Positions 1-13,645 are shown, numbered from the stretch's first letter. The stretch: DNA of 64,000 nucleotides from Eledone cirrhosa (GCA_964016885.1 OZ024743.1:30194001-30258000), one strand, 5' to 3'. A program made the numbers and translations. Notes: a model not told the origin generated them from the letters alone.

Positions 1-2551
1 GCACGCCCAGCCCTCCACGTAGCGGGTGTTGACACCAGATGGACCGCCTGACCATCGGAGCGCGTCCCTTCCACAAAAAGCGAAAGAGCAAACGCTCCAG
101 CGCAGTCAGGCGAGGCTTAGGACAAGGTACGACGGTCAGGCGGTAGTAGATGACAGACGCGATGTACGCATTAGCCACCTCCGCTCGACCATTCAGGGAT
201 AGCTTCCTCTCCGCCCATTTCTGGGTGAGAGAAGCCACCCTGCTCGTTACCTCGTCCCAGTTTTTGTCCGCCTGGAGGTCCGGACCGAACCAGACCCCTA
301 GCAATTTAACCGGTGCGTCCGTCCAGCGTCCGACGACGCTGTTGGACGGCATGGACCTGCCTCTCCAGGTGCCGAGCTGCAGGCCCATTGACTTTTCATG
401 GTTGATCATTGCTCCTGTCACCGCTTCGTATTCTCTTAGTGTAGTGCCGATCGCCTCGATGTGTTTTGCGTTCGACACCACTACGGTGACATCGTCTGCA
501 TATGCTGACACGGATCTTCCGCATCCTAGTTCGCGCGGGACGCCCCTCAACGTCTCCAGTTTGTGCAGTAATGGCTCGAGCGTCAATACGTACAAGAGGG
601 ACGAGAGGGGACATCCTTGGTGGACCGAGCGCATGATGTTGAACGGTTCCGACAGGTGACTGTTCACTCTCAACACAGAGCAGATGTCGCTGTGCATGGC
701 AGCGATCCAGCCTCTGAAGACGGGCCCAAAGCCAGTCGACCTCGGGACTGCCGCTAGGTAACGATGTTCGTCCCTATCGAAAGCTTTCGACAGATCTAAA
801 TTGATCAAGGACCCACCCGTGCCATATTCCCTAGCTACCCTCTCTACGATGTATCGCATGAGGTGGAGGTTGTCGTGGATGGATCTGTCGGCAATGGCGC
901 ATGTCTGCGCCTCTCCCACCAGACCACCAACGACAAGCGCCAACCTCTTTGCTAGCACCTTGGCCAAAATCTTGAACTCTGTGTTTAGCAGAGTTATGGG
1001 CCGGAAATTATCTATGTTATCCCCCTTGTTCGGATCCTTTCTCAGCAGTGCCACCGCACCTCGGCTCACAGAACTGGCAATTCTTCCGTTCTGTTGCCAG
1101 TTGCAGTAGACGTCCGCCAAGAGGCCTCCGAACAAGTCTGGCATTTATACGTAAAGTTCATAGGGCAGACCATCCAAAGCAGGCGATTTACCCCTTGTGC
1201 AGCCAGTCATTGCCTCCCTTACTTCAGCGGCTGTTATCGGCTTTTCGCAGCACTTCGCCTCAGTGGCCGAGAGCCGCGGCACTCCGTCGAGGTAGACACT
1301 AAAGTCCCTCCCTCGACCAGGCCCACCGCTACCCCCGAACAGCTGAGCGAAGTGTCGCTGAAAAGCTTCACACATTTGCCCGGGATCGAGTAGCATGCAC
1401 CCGTCGTTGTCCACCAAAGACCAGATCGTGGCTTTGTTGCCACGACGCGCCTCCGCCACTCGGGCCCATTGAACGGCTTTCGTCCCCTCGTGTCTGAGAG
1501 CACGCACCCTTGCTCTGACAACGCAGCCTTCGTGCTTTGCATTGAAGAATTGGTCAAGGGCCAATTTCGCTGCAAGCACGTCGGTCGCAATGCCTTTGCT
1601 AAGCGCCTCGTCTAATTTTCTAACTAGTTCTCCCTCTGCTCTATGTTTCTCTATTTCTAAAGCCTTACTAAACCTAATCGATTCTATTCTAATCGCTCTT
1701 TTCAGAGCAAACCACCACTTGTTGTTGATGGCCCCCGTCAACGCCCGCTTAACTAGTTCGCTAATCCGGTCTCTGTAGGCCTTGCGCGCTGGTAAGGACG
1801 CGTTTAGCTTCCAGTAGCCGGATCCTCGTCTATGAAGCCTATCTAAGTCAAGCACACAGATCTCGAATTTGTGGTCCGTGTAGCTGACTATCTTGAATTG
1901 TGGACAGCCTATGCTAGACCTATCTATTTCCCCACAGAATTCTCTATCTAGGTATGATCTGGATGACCCTATGCGATTTGTCCAAGTCCACATTGGCACA
2001 TTCTGGAAATCCAATCGGTACCTGTCAGACAGTTCAAAACGCCTGAGCAGGTTGCTGAAGCTCTTGCACCCTCCACCCCTATCCACTAATCCCACACAGT
2101 CCCAGCGTGCATCTAAGATCCCGTTCCAGTCGCCCACTAACACTAAAGAGCGGGACGTTCCAAGAAAGGTCTCCAGACGCCGGAAGAAATCAGGCCGCCC
2201 TGCTCCTCTCGGGGCATAGACGGCCACTAGCCTGAAATCTAACCTGTCTCCGCTGGTCACGTCCAGCACCACCAACTTACCCTCTGGGTCCAGGAAGACG
2301 GCTCGTATGGCGAGATCCAAACCTCTCCGAAAAAGCACAGCACTCCTTCCCCCCGATCCAGGACGGCTGGGTGATGCGTACACATCGTGGCCGCCGAAGA
2401 TCAGTGCGAAGGCCTGTGCTTCAGAGATTCTGGTCTCGCTGATGGCCACTACATCTATGTTTAGTGATCTGTGGGCGTTGAGCAGGTGACCCTGCTTCCA
2501 TGACGACCCCAAGCCACGCGCATTTATGCTGCCTATTCTGAGTGAGGTCAT
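1..2551 (-). pseudogene. ORF2 (APE endonuclease + RT) of copy A with premature stop
   Basis: MTSLRIGSINARGL, SETR, LVGDWN, YTDHK; TAA at 1145-1147 where copy B has CAG; AYADDV near 490-507. Confidence 0.93.
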
Positions 2552-2586
2552 ATTTAAAATAGAGTGGAAAAGATGGGAAAGACCAC

Positions 2587-4707
2587 TTACCGTACTTTTC
2601 GTAGAGGAGGGATGGTTTTTCCATCCATTTTCACTTGATCGTCTGGTGAAGGGACCGTTGAATCGTCCCTTCGGCTGGTCGTCGGCTCTTCTATGAGTAT
2701 GTCCGAATATATTCTTCGTTTGATAGTTCCTCCTAGGTCTCTGAAATCACCAACTGCGTTGGGGAATTTCGTTTTAATGTTTGTGTATTGTTTCTGTGCT
2801 ATTTTTAGCAGTCTTATGTTAGTTGGCGTTTTGATTGGTGCTGGTATTATGTAGTCGTGTTGTGAAATGTCTGTGTGTTCAATTATGTAAGTCATTAGTT
2901 TCTTGTTGTGTGTATTTATTGCCGTGCATTTGTTTTTCTGGGCGTGGGGTGTGGTTCTGCTATTTTCTTGTCGTTGTTGCTGGGTGTGTGTGTTTTGTTG
3001 TTGTGTTTTCGTTGTTGGTGCTTGTGGTGGTGGTGTTGAAGGTGTTTTTTGCGGTGGGGTTGTCGCCGGTGGTGATGGTGGTGCTAGTGTGGGTGGTGAT
3101 GGTGTTGGTGGTGTTGCTGCTGTGAGTCTCTTTGCAGTAGACTTTACCCTTTTTTCATTTCTTTCCTCCCTTTTCAAAGGCGACGATGCGCTGCTTCTGC
3201 GTTTGTGCCCTCTTACGACCTTTTGCCAACCCTCTCCCACCTCACACTCCATGTCTGATTCTGTGAGGTCGGGCAGGGCTAACAGCTCCTCTCTTTCACT
3301 TGTTGTTGTTGGTGATGTTTGCACTGGAGTCTCTGTTGCAGCTGCATTTGGTATTGCTGTTGTTGTTGTTAATACTTCCACTGCTGCTGCTGTTTCTGAT
3401 TCCCGTGGCATCGGTATGGGTGCCACGGACCTATCGTTACTGGTTGCTGCTTGTCCTGTTGCTGGTAGCCGTGGAGCCGGTTTCGGAAGGAGGGGGGTAT
3501 TCTGCTTTCTCAGGGTCTTCTCGTTGCAGAAGGCCCTGAGCTGAGTCTTCGATCCACAGCGAAAGCATTTCGGGCGTTTGCCCTCAACACTTATGGGCAG
3601 TTGAGTGCCGTTATCGACGTCTATCACAATCGGGATAGCTTCGATGCACTCCTGGTTGGTTTGGATTAACATCTCAATGGAGGTGCCGACCCAATCTTCT
3701 CTTACTTTTTTCTGTACTTGCAGTACAGTTGTTTTGTCCTCAATTCCGACGAGGACAGACGCGGCCAGCGAAGAAGGGGCCATCCCGGGGGGGGGGGGGG
3801 GGTCAGTTTGACCCTCACAGTAGGAGGGCACCAACACCATTTTCTCACTCCTTAGGGTCACTAAGGATTGAGACTTTGCCCCCTGGGGTGTGGCAAAAAG
3901 TACGTCTACGGTGGCATATTTCTTGCCTCGGGTGATGTGCGTTTTCTGCTTCCACACAAACCCCAAGGCTTTTTGTATTTGAGCCTCTGTGGCTCTTTCA
4001 GCCCTACGGGATTTTGTACTTACTGTACGGTACGTGACCGTACAGTGCTGTTGGGTTTCGAAAATTTTTTCCGCTGCCTTGCAGATTGCTCGGTGTCCGG
4101 TTTTTGTCACCATCTTCTTCGCTTCCTCTAATTCCTAATTTGTTATGAGGATGGTTTCCAGGTTCTTCGCGATACCTGCAAACGAGATTGGTTTTTCTTT
4201 GCTGCTGTTGTTGTTGTTGTTGTCGTCAGAGCTGCTGTTACTTTTGTTGTTGCTGCAGGTACTACGACTACTGCCGCCGCCGCTGTTGCTGTGGTTGTTG
4301 TTGTTGTTGCTGCTGCTAATGCTGTTGTTGTTTATGCTGCTGCTGATGCTGTTGTGGCTGCTACTGTTGTTTTCATTGTCACTGTTGCTGTTGTTATTAC
4401 GGCTGCTACTGCTATTATTCCTGACGTCTGACGAATGAAATGGGTTTTCGTATTTCCCGCACACCTGTTTCGTCGTTGTCGTCGTCGTTGTGGAGAAATC
4501 TTGCACGCTTTGCACGAGACTTTTCTTTTCTGTCGTCGCTTGCGAAAGAGAAAGGAGGGAGAGAGACACATTTAAAGAAGGGAGGGAGAGAGACACATTT
4601 AAAGAAGGGAGGGAGAGAGACAATCTTCTCTCTGCTGTAGTGACGATTGAGGAAGAAGAAGACGGAATGAGTGAGAGTGACCTATGAACATTCTTTTTCG
4701 TAGCCAT
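2587..4707 (-). pseudogene. ORF1 (gag-like, zinc knuckle) of copy A, disrupted
   Basis: TAG at 4135-4137 (GAG in copy B); ~14-nt deletion near 3818; knuckle CFRCGSKTQLRAFC (H->Q); extra 27-nt tandem unit (LSLPSLNVS). Confidence 0.88.
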
Positions 4708-4924
4708 GTTGTTTTTTTTTGTTTAAAATAAATATTGGGCACAAAACCACAATAAGCAGTTATTTAACCCCGAAGGGCCAAATAACGGGCAGAAAGACCC
4801 CTCTCACGAGGAGGAGGGTATTTTTGTCTACAAGTTGGTTAAAGTTTTAAACAATTTACAATTGTTATAGCGTTCAAAATTTACAATACCTTACAGAGCC
4901 CTGCCTCTGTCAACCATAGCATTC

Positions 4925-4956
<32 letters not shown>

Positions 4957-5073
4957 GATGATGATGATGATGATGATGATGTTGATGATGATGATGATGA
5001 TGATGATGGTGATGATGGTGATGATGATGATGATGATGATGATGATTATGATGATGATGATGATGATGATGAT
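4925..5073. repeat. (AAT)n + (ATG)n microsatellite at the 5' junction of copy A
   Basis: Direct reading. Confidence 0.95.
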
Positions 5074-5737
5074 GCGAAATGTCATATCAGGACGAATTGA
5101 TCAATTAATTACTTAGCATTACAAGTTGGTCTTGCAGTATCTGATTTGGCGTCACAAGTACTTTCAGCGAAATCTGTAATGCTAGTGACTTTTACTGATC
5201 ACTAACATTTAGTGGGCTTGCATTTTCTTCGATACCATCGATGTATAGAAAAAGGAAGGCTTCTTAATCACGCGTCCCTGTGCATCTATCAAAGGAATGT
5301 TCTATATAAAGAAATATTGTTTACATTCACCAAAGGAGGTTTTCAAATCTGTATGTATAAACCTTGAGAATCAAGTCTCTTTTCAGTAAATGTAATCCCT
5401 CAAATTAAAACTGATGCATGGTCGCTGCTTGATATATTTTTTAATGGCGTTCCTCAATCATATCTGATGTGGTGTCAATCAAAAACGACAATAAATGATT
5501 TAAACGAAAGACAGAGCCCCAGCGGTAACCATTCAAACTTCAGTAATTTTTCCGATTCACATGATTTACCATTTACCCACTTAGTTCCATATGAAAATAT
5601 AAACGAAGTAAACTCGATGTATGGAAACGAAACACTGCCTTATAAAATATATCTTGTTAAGATTAATATATATATATGTGTGTATGTAGAGGGGGTGTAT
5701 ATGTGTGCGTTTGTGTGTGTGTATGTGTGTATGTATG

Positions 5738-5769
<32 letters not shown>

Positions 5770-5771
5770 TA

Positions 5772-5835
<64 letters not shown>

Positions 5836-6350
5836 GCTGTGTATACATGCGTTTGTGCCCTTACGCCTCTTGATGTCACGAACAACAACGATATATTTTT
5901 TGATCACGAAAACTCCCATGAAGTTTATTTATTCTATAACGTTTCGCAAATGAGAGAAAATGAGAAAGAATGAGACAGAGAAAGAGTCAATGCGCGTGAG
6001 AGAGAATAAGAGAGAGGCTCCTAAAAAAACAAAATTTCTACTGTGCACACTGATTCTATTCTGTAAATACGTATCACAATGTCTGGTAACTGGAAATAGA
6101 ATTTCTATATTTCTCAAACCACACAAACATATATTTCATTGTTATTTACACATTCAACAATGAAGTGCGACATTATCTTAAGTTTCCTGAGTTTTTCACT
6201 ACTAGTAATATCAATACAATATAATATGTGGCTAGAATAAATTCGAATTATTAGCAGGTCTCATATATATATATATATACTCACACACATACACACACAC
6301 GCAAACACACACACATACACACATATATATATATACATATATATATATAC

Positions 6351-6381
<31 letters not shown>

Positions 6382-7148
6382 GTTATGTAATAAACAGCAT
6401 AAGATAATTAATTAATTTACCAATGGTTTCTTGAAGAGCTTGACACTGATGTCTGTCTTCATTCATCAGAAAAAAATGTATTATTGAATGTGATATGGAT
6501 TTGAAAACAGAGTTTAGGATAAATGAAACTGAGGCTGAAATAAAATAACGGGCAAACATTGAGGGTAAAAAATATATATATAAACTCACGCATATACGTA
6601 ATGGTACGTAAACTTATACATTCACATATATATATATATATATATATATACGAAGTTAATTTACAACAGATTCGAAGCAATCAACGGTTTATATCCGGAA
6701 TATCATTAATATCAATAATATTAATACATCAAAAATATCTTTATAAAACCATATTTATTTTATTATACATATTTCAAGAGTATTAATATTTTAGTTTGCT
6801 TTCGCCAGATAAAATATGATAATTGGTGTAAAGATAGTGACATATCTTCATGGGAACTTCATGTTATAAGTTCACTGAACTTATATATATATGTATATAT
6901 ATATATATATATCAGTGAAATACATGTGGTATTACCAACACGAGCACTCAATGCTCAGGCAGGGGTTATATATGAATTGAAACAATTATATTTCTTTTAT
7001 ATGTAATAAGTTTTTATTTTTATTGTGTATCGGTCCCTTACGCACGTTTCGCAGCTTCACCCATAGAAGTTATGGATCCGACTATATCTATCTGCTCGTG
7101 AGACCGGCTTTCCATAATATATATATATATATGTTGTTATTTGCCGAT

Positions 7149-7563
7149 AATAAGTATGTGACAACGTCACTACTTCAAAACTCATAGCGAATGTTTTTAA
7201 ATAAACATGCAGTATATTGCCAAATATACTATACATACATTCGTGTATACATCGCTATTTCAGAGCACCAATACTAATACCTAAATTTTGCCAGACCGGC
7301 AATCGCCCTGTATGATCAGCTGCTGATTATTACTGGAATTCTATAAGAATCAAGCTTCAATAATTCTCGGCAAATGCAGTGGACTATGTGGTCTTGATAA
7401 ACGGCCATAAGCGAGAAACAGACTGTCTGTCGATCACTCTTAGTTGATATTTCCCTAGAATAAGTCACATAACCACTACTTTAAAACTCATAGCGAATGG
7501 TCTTCTAAATGTACTATACATACATTCATGTATACATCGCTATTTCAGAGCACCAAAACTAAT
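7149..7563 (+). repeat. Partial tandem repeat (period ~306 bp) enclosing a hammerhead fold
   Basis: cactact..aaaactcatagcgaatg...catcgctatttcagagcacca at ~7168 and ~7474. Confidence 0.8.
7388..7437 (+). ncRNA. Type I hammerhead ribozyme candidate, U3-A8 core
   Basis: GTGGTC|TTGATAA|weak stem II|GAA ACAGAC t GTCTGT|C|GATCAC; GUC triplet. Confidence 0.6.
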
Positions 7564-7589
7564 ATATATATATATATATAATTTGCTAT

Positions 7590-8300
7590 CTGTAAATATA
7601 GAGAGTGTGTACCCGAGTCTGCAAATATTTGTGTAATAAATATACACATTCTTAATATATAGACAAGTAAACTATATTAAACACACTCGCACCAATTAAG
7701 TGTTAGTAGTTCCTGACTTGTATAAGTCGAACATAATTGAAAGTCTGTTATATTCCTCTCAGAACCAAAATATATCATTTGGAAGGCAGTGTTGTAGTTT
7801 TGAATTTAATGAAGTGCCTTGATTCTGGTGTATCCTGAAAAAGTATATTCTTCAGAAATTGCGTAGGCTTTGTTATTATGAGTAGGTAAAACCTTGCATT
7901 TTAAGCATTTTAAGTCGCGGTTTTTCTGCTAGCCACGTCTTGGTGCCACATTGCTGAGAATATTTTTTTCATTTTTGCAAAGAATTCTGGATTGCTGCTG
8001 TTGTCATTTTGGAGGTCGAGCAAGAAGTAAACATCAGTCGTATTTGGTAAAGCTCGTCCTTTTGCTTGGACTGTAGAACCTTTTACATTATACCAATGTT
8101 GCTGGTGTTCCTCAGTTTGTTCTCTTGCAGCAGCAAACCTTTATCTCGTTTAAGCTTAACAGTAGTGTTTGTCTACTACGAATTCTTGTACACATGTCAA
8201 ATTATTCTGCATCCTGCTAGACAGGCCTCTCTAGTTTCTTCACTGCGTTTAGTTAGCTGTGATTTCTTTCTTCTGGCCTCTGAACATAACCTTCTATGTC
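7590..8300 (-). pseudogene. Helitron Rep/Hel N-terminal fragment, decayed
   Basis: Frameshifted minus-strand translation gives QCGTKTWLAEKP..., FLKNILFQDTPESRHFI / IQNYNTAFQMIYFG, resembling the Helitron F...IR.YN.AF.MTSFG region. Confidence 0.6.
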
Positions 8301-8641
8301 ATGATTTATAATGTTTCGGAGGTAGTGTAAGTGATTTTACACACCACACGTATTCCAAAATTGAAAATATAAAAACAATTTATTGAAAGTTTATTCAGTA
8401 ATGTTGTAGCAACATACTATTTATTAGAATACATATTAAACGTTACACATTACACACACATACATTGTGTGAGTGTGTGCAATTGTAATATAGTTTTGCA
8501 TATTTCATGATCAAAGGACGCGATCACCCCCTCCATCTCTCTGTGTAATGAATTTTCCCATTCTTTTTAAAATTTCAATAAAAATGTTGTCTCTCATTTT
8601 TCTCTCCATTCTCTTTTGACGTGCCTCCACCCCCCCATCTG

Positions 8642-8645
<4 letters not shown>

Positions 8646-8708
<63 letters not shown>
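8646..8708. repeat. (CT)n microsatellite
   Basis: Direct reading. Confidence 0.95.
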
Positions 8709-8711
<3 letters not shown>

Positions 8712-9959
8712 TCTGTCTATTTCCACTTCCCTAATATTTTCACTCATAGTCTTTCATCTCTCTATTTCCCTCACATATTCTGTGACCTCTCTCTTTCCTT
8801 TGTTCTTTCTTTCATTTATTCTCCTTCCCTCTCCCACCCCCTCTCTTTCTCTTTTTGTCATTTATTTATTTCTCTTTTATCCCCCCCCCCCTCCTCCCTA
8901 TCTCCACTCCCTTTTCTCTATGTTTTCTTTCTCTCCCATCATATCTCTCATTCTCTACAGAAACAAATTCAACATATTTTTCCTCATGCTTACGGAAGTA
9001 TATTCGATAGAATTTAAATATATTGTTTGCAGAGCAAGGCAAAATACCTTTACCATTACTTGTCCGGTGATGGAGTGAATATACATACGTAGTTTTGTAG
9101 GTATTGGTTATTTGAGTACTTTACCTATCCATATTGATTATTGCATGTTCCAAATTCGTTTATAGAGAAAGGTTAGCCATATTTAATACCCGGTGAAAAG
9201 TATTTCGCGGGAAAATATACAGAGAGGATATAAATAAAAAGAAGAAAAATATGTATAAATATGTTTCTAGAAATTTCTATGTGAAACCTTTTGTGGTTAA
9301 TCTAATCAACTACATGGAGATATCAAGCAATACGCATATAAATATTGCGTTGAACAACGTCATGTATTTCCAAATCTGTATTTGCTTGGTAGCAAGAAGA
9401 ATGTCTATGAATAAAGCGAGTATGTGTACAAATAACATACATTTAGAATATAAATGCGTTAGTTTGGGCGTATGGATGTTCATAATATATCTCTTGTGTG
9501 GATTTATTAAGTGTGCCAGCAAATTGAAATCCTATAAATGATGTTGTTATTTCTAGGTTGGAGGGACTGTATTCGTGGCAAAATGATAAGTGTTAATACA
9601 CTATGTTTGGTGTTTATAGCTTTGGTTCAGTCAGTTTATGAAGGGACAAAAAATTTACCTAACGCATAAGTAAATTAACGGTGTTAACGCAAGCAGGAAG
9701 AGATGATAATCAATGCTGTGTATGGAGGAATAGGGGAGTGTAAGGAAAGGAAACACAATGAAATAAACGAGATTAGAACGATGCTCAAGAAGAGAATACT
9801 GGGATAAAGATTTCATGGAAGTAGCTTTAAGTGGGCATCGACAGTCGATCGCAAGTTCCCAGAATTCACTCACTTAAAAGGTGGGGTGGAGCTCGTCAAA
9901 TCGGACCGAGGAAACAATGTTTCCATTGCTCTATCCAATTGCTAATACTATCTACAGGT

Positions 9960-10082
9960 CGCAAATCAACGCGAAATAAAGTGTCTGGCTGATGGTTATA
10001 ACGCATCGCCCGCTCCGAAAATCGAATTCAATCACAACCTCACGATTGCGAATTCAGTTTTCTAAACAATTAGCCATGCACC
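9960..10082 (-). mobile_element. Decayed tRNA-derived SINE (second family)
   Basis: Minus strand gtgcatggctaattgtttag (box A-like) ... gaattcgatttt (box B-like) ... agacactttatttc. Confidence 0.45.
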
Positions 10083-11014
10083 GTCACTAAGTGGATATAC
10101 TGAAGCATTTTCTACAACAAATTTGGCTTCAAATATGTCTATTATAATAAACATTGCACGTAATTTAAGCAAGCCAGAAACTATAAATTTCCTTGTTGAT
10201 AGGAATTAATTAAAATATATATTAAGAAGGGTGTTAGCAGCAGGAGTTAATGATAATGTTATATCTTTATAAATACAGAGTGAGTAACTGAGACGGCACC
10301 AACCTTTATAAATATACATGCATATCTAATATGCAAGCATGTAAACATGCCAGAAAATATGAATTTCCTTGAAATTGTGAAATGATAAACACCTTTAATC
10401 GAGTATAGTGCAGTCTCGGTTACACACACTGTATTTAAACAGATATCATTTCATCATCATATATATATATATATAAACTTTAATCTGTTATTTTAATAAA
10501 TATATATTATTATTATTACTATATATATATATATATATACATAGTAATAATAATAAATTTGAAGACTAAACTCCGAAGACGGCTCGATAAGGATAAATAT
10601 ATATCAAATATATAAGGACCGTAGAGCAAATCTGAAGCCGAGAATCATTCGGTTTCCTGAATAGAATTTTAGTCTACGACTTAAGTTATACTATAAACGT
10701 GGTTTTGTCTTTGCGTGTAATTATTCTCATCGTCCACATAATGACGTATTATCTTCGTTGTTTCCATTCTTTGCCAGTAAACGTCTCCACAAACCACCTA
10801 ATAGAATATCAGTCAACGACTTCCTTTCTACCATAAACGTGATTTTGTCTTTGCGTGTAATTGTTCTCAACGCTCCCAATAATGTGGTATTATTTTCGTT
10901 TTTTTTCGTTCTTTGCCAGAGAACGTTTCAACGAACCAAAGTATCGTCTTGCTGTCTTCCTTCGGTTGCAAGTTTTTGAAATATTTACTTCTGCGTTCAC
11001 AGATAGATTTTTTT

Positions 11015-11065
11015 AGTTTCAGAAGATCCCGTTAAGGGTAAAAGCAGCGATTCTTTGCTTAAACT
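11015..11065 (+). ncRNA. Hammerhead-like fold, CAGAnGA family (GAAA mutated to AAAA in this copy)
   Basis: AGTTT|CAGAAGA|TCCC gttaa GGGT|AAAAGCA...TGCTT|AAACT. Confidence 0.45.
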
Positions 11066-11094
11066 TTAATAGGTTATTTTAATAAATATATATA

Positions 11095-11229
11095 TACTAG
11101 CTGGCCCGTCCGGCTGGCGCTCGGCTAGGTACACCTGCTTCCACCACTCCACTGCAAAGATAGCCACACACACTCCCGTGTCACAATGTCCTTCCGACTC
11201 TCTCCCTCTCTCACTCTCTCTCTCTCTCT

Positions 11230-11262
<33 letters not shown>

Positions 11263-12145
11263 GGAAATAAACTAACACTTTAATTGTATCTCTTTCTCTC
11301 TAACGGCCGATCTCTCCCATTTCCCCTCCCTCTGTTTTTCTGTCTCTCTCTGTAGATGTGTGTGTGTAGTTTTTCCTAATCTTTCTCTAAATCTCTCTCT
11401 TTCTCTCTATGTATCTCTCTCTCTATGTGTATATATTGAAGGGAGATACGGAAACTAAAACGGTGTTGTTATAACAGAGAGTGAAGAGCGACAGAGAGAG
11501 TATATCAGTTAAATTATAGAGAGGGGGAACGATCTTACATACATACATATAAAGTATAGATATGTGTGTGTGTATGAGTGTGTGTGTTACTTATGCGAGC
11601 GACGGCAGAAAGTATGCGTATGTGTGTATGTGTGTGGGGGTGGGTGCGTGTGTGTGTTACTTCATGCGAGCGACGACAGAAAAACAGAGGGAGGAGGGGA
11701 AAAGAGAGAGATACGCCGTTAAACAGAGAGAGATAGAATTAAAACGGAAAGTAGAGATTCATATAGAGAGTGAAGAGAGATGAGAGTAAAGCAGTTAAAT
11801 TATAGAGAGGGTGAAAGAGGGATAGAGAGAGAGACAACGCTCAACTTAATAATATTTGGGAGTGAAGAGCGGACAGAGAGAGTAAAGCAGTTACATTATA
11901 GAGAGGGGAATGATTTATTATAGAGAGAGGGAAGAGCGACGGTGAGACGATGCTCAACATGACAATATTTGAGAGTGAAGAGCGACAGAGAGAGTAAAGC
12001 AGTTAAATTATAGAGAGGGGGAATGACCTATTATAGAGAGAGGGAAGAGCGACGGAGAGAGTAAAGCTAACAATCTATAGAGAGGTGTGTAGGATACATA
12101 CATACATACATAATACGCACGACACTCAGCTTTATAATATTATAA
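11095..12145 (+). mobile_element. Non-autonomous Helentron/HINE-like element with internal GA-rich repeats
   Basis: Start tactagctggcccgtccggctggcgctcgg; end (acat)n...cactcagctttataatatta; repeated gagagtgaagagcgac...agttaaattatagagaggg units. Confidence 0.4.
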
Positions 12146-12344
12146 ATGTATATACATGCATACATACATACATATAAGTATGCCCATATATATTTATATA
12201 CATTCAGAGATACAGCCACCTACATGCGCGCACACACACGCGTATATATATATATAAAAATATATATACCTGCATGCATACAAATAAGCATGCACATATA
12301 TTTTTAATACATTCAGAGAGGCAGATCCTACACACGCTAACATA

Positions 12345-12415
<71 letters not shown>

Positions 12416-12572
12416 TATATATATTGTTATACTTTGGGAGGGTCATGTTGCCAATAAGAAACACACGCACCAGTCGCTTTCACTTCAATTTATTATAAAT
12501 TAAATTTATAAATTTAGGAATTTATAAATTTCCGGTTGGTTGGTTCCACAACCAGATGATTGTTCATATATT

Positions 12573-12615
12573 GTCAAAGTTCTTTCGTCACACATTCTCT
12601 GACCTCTTCAGTGAC
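12573..12615 (-). ncRNA. Minimal type I hammerhead ribozyme
   Basis: GTCA|CTGAAGA|gGTCA..TGAC|GAAAGaaCTT|TGAC. Confidence 0.7.
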
Positions 12616-12929
12616 TGGGGATTATTTTCTTTTCAATAAACATAAATAAACATCAATAAACATCAATGAACTCCACCCAAAACTAAATAGAAAACATGAA
12701 TGGAACAGCAACATCACAACTTACAATTAAGGACAAAATAAAAACACACACACACATAGAACAAACAACCAACCAGTAACATGTAAATAAACAAATAAAT
12801 AAACAAATATAAACACACACAGACATCCGGATGTAACACATGCGCAAACTAAGCACACAACACACAGAAAAACAAGATGGCGTAGGACAGAACAAAGGAG
12901 AGGCACAAACACAAAGAAAAGAATCCCCA

Positions 12930-12972
12930 GTCACTGAAGAGGTCACGGATTGTGTGACGAAAGAACGTTGAC
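12930..12972 (+). ncRNA. Minimal type I hammerhead ribozyme (stem III altered)
   Basis: GTCA|CTGAAGA|gGTCAC..GTGAC|GAAAgaacgT|TGAC. Confidence 0.6.
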
Positions 12973-13120
12973 AACATATGAACAATCATCTGGTTGTGGA
13001 ACCAACCAACCAACCGGAAATTTATAAATTCCTAAATTTATAAATTTAAAGTTAAATTTATAAATTTAAGAATTTATAAATTTCAGGTTGGTTCGACAAC
13101 CGGACGGTTGTTCATATATT

Positions 13121-13163
13121 GTCAAAGTTCTTTCGTCACACATTATGTGACCTCTTCAGTGAC
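13121..13163 (-). ncRNA. Minimal type I hammerhead ribozyme
   Basis: GTCA|CTGAAGA|gGTCACAT..GTGTGAC|GAAAGaaCTT|TGAC. Confidence 0.72.
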
Positions 13164-13512
13164 TGGGGATTCTTTTCCTTGTTTTTGTGCATCTCCTTTG
13201 TTCTGTCCTACGCTATCTTGTTTTTGTATGTGCTCTGTGCTTATTTTGCGCATGTGTTACATCCGGTGTGTGTTTACATTTGTTTAAGGTTATCAATTAT
13301 AATATATAGTCACCTGATCCAGAAATATTATATGGAGTAGCGAAACAATTGTAAACGGACATTATTATTATTAATATTATTATTATTATTATTATTCTCT
13401 ACATTCCTTACATCAAACTAAAATATGTTGACAATCGTTTATTTAATAATGTCTTCCTTGTGAAATTTGTGGTCTTGTTCTGCTTAACCAATGAATATAT
13501 ATATATATAAGC

Positions 13513-13544
<32 letters not shown>

Positions 13545-13552
13545 GCATAGTA

Positions 13553-13645
13553 TAAGCAACGAATCGCTGCTTTCACCATTAATGGGATCTTCTGAAACAG
13601 AAGATCCCGTTAAGGGTGAAAGCAGCGATTCTTTGCTTAAACTTT
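13553..13645. repeat. Short palindrome made of two CAGAnGA hammerhead-like motifs
   Basis: gaatcgctgctttcacc...gggatcttctg aaa cagaagatccc...ggtgaaagcagcgattc. Confidence 0.8.

Larger units (their letters stand above)
1..4924 (-). mobile_element. Tx1/L1-clade non-LTR retrotransposon, copy A (runs off window start; both ORFs disrupted)
   Basis: Highly similar to 34090-40115 in reverse orientation; 5' end abuts (ATT)n; contains ORF1 and the APE/RT part of ORF2. Confidence 0.95.
12490..13285. mobile_element. Penelope-like element 3' end: ORF tail plus three pLTR copies (-,+,-)
   Basis: 12662-12730 reads INELHPKLNRKHEW...* (GIY-YIG-type I....P.LN terminus); inverted copies each carry a hammerhead. 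Confidence 0.75.

Noticed and set aside
7030-7108. Hammerhead on the minus strand (GCAG...CTGC GAAAC gtgc GTA agggaccg)
   Set aside because: 5' core is broken (tcacga) and stem I is incomplete; at best a relic
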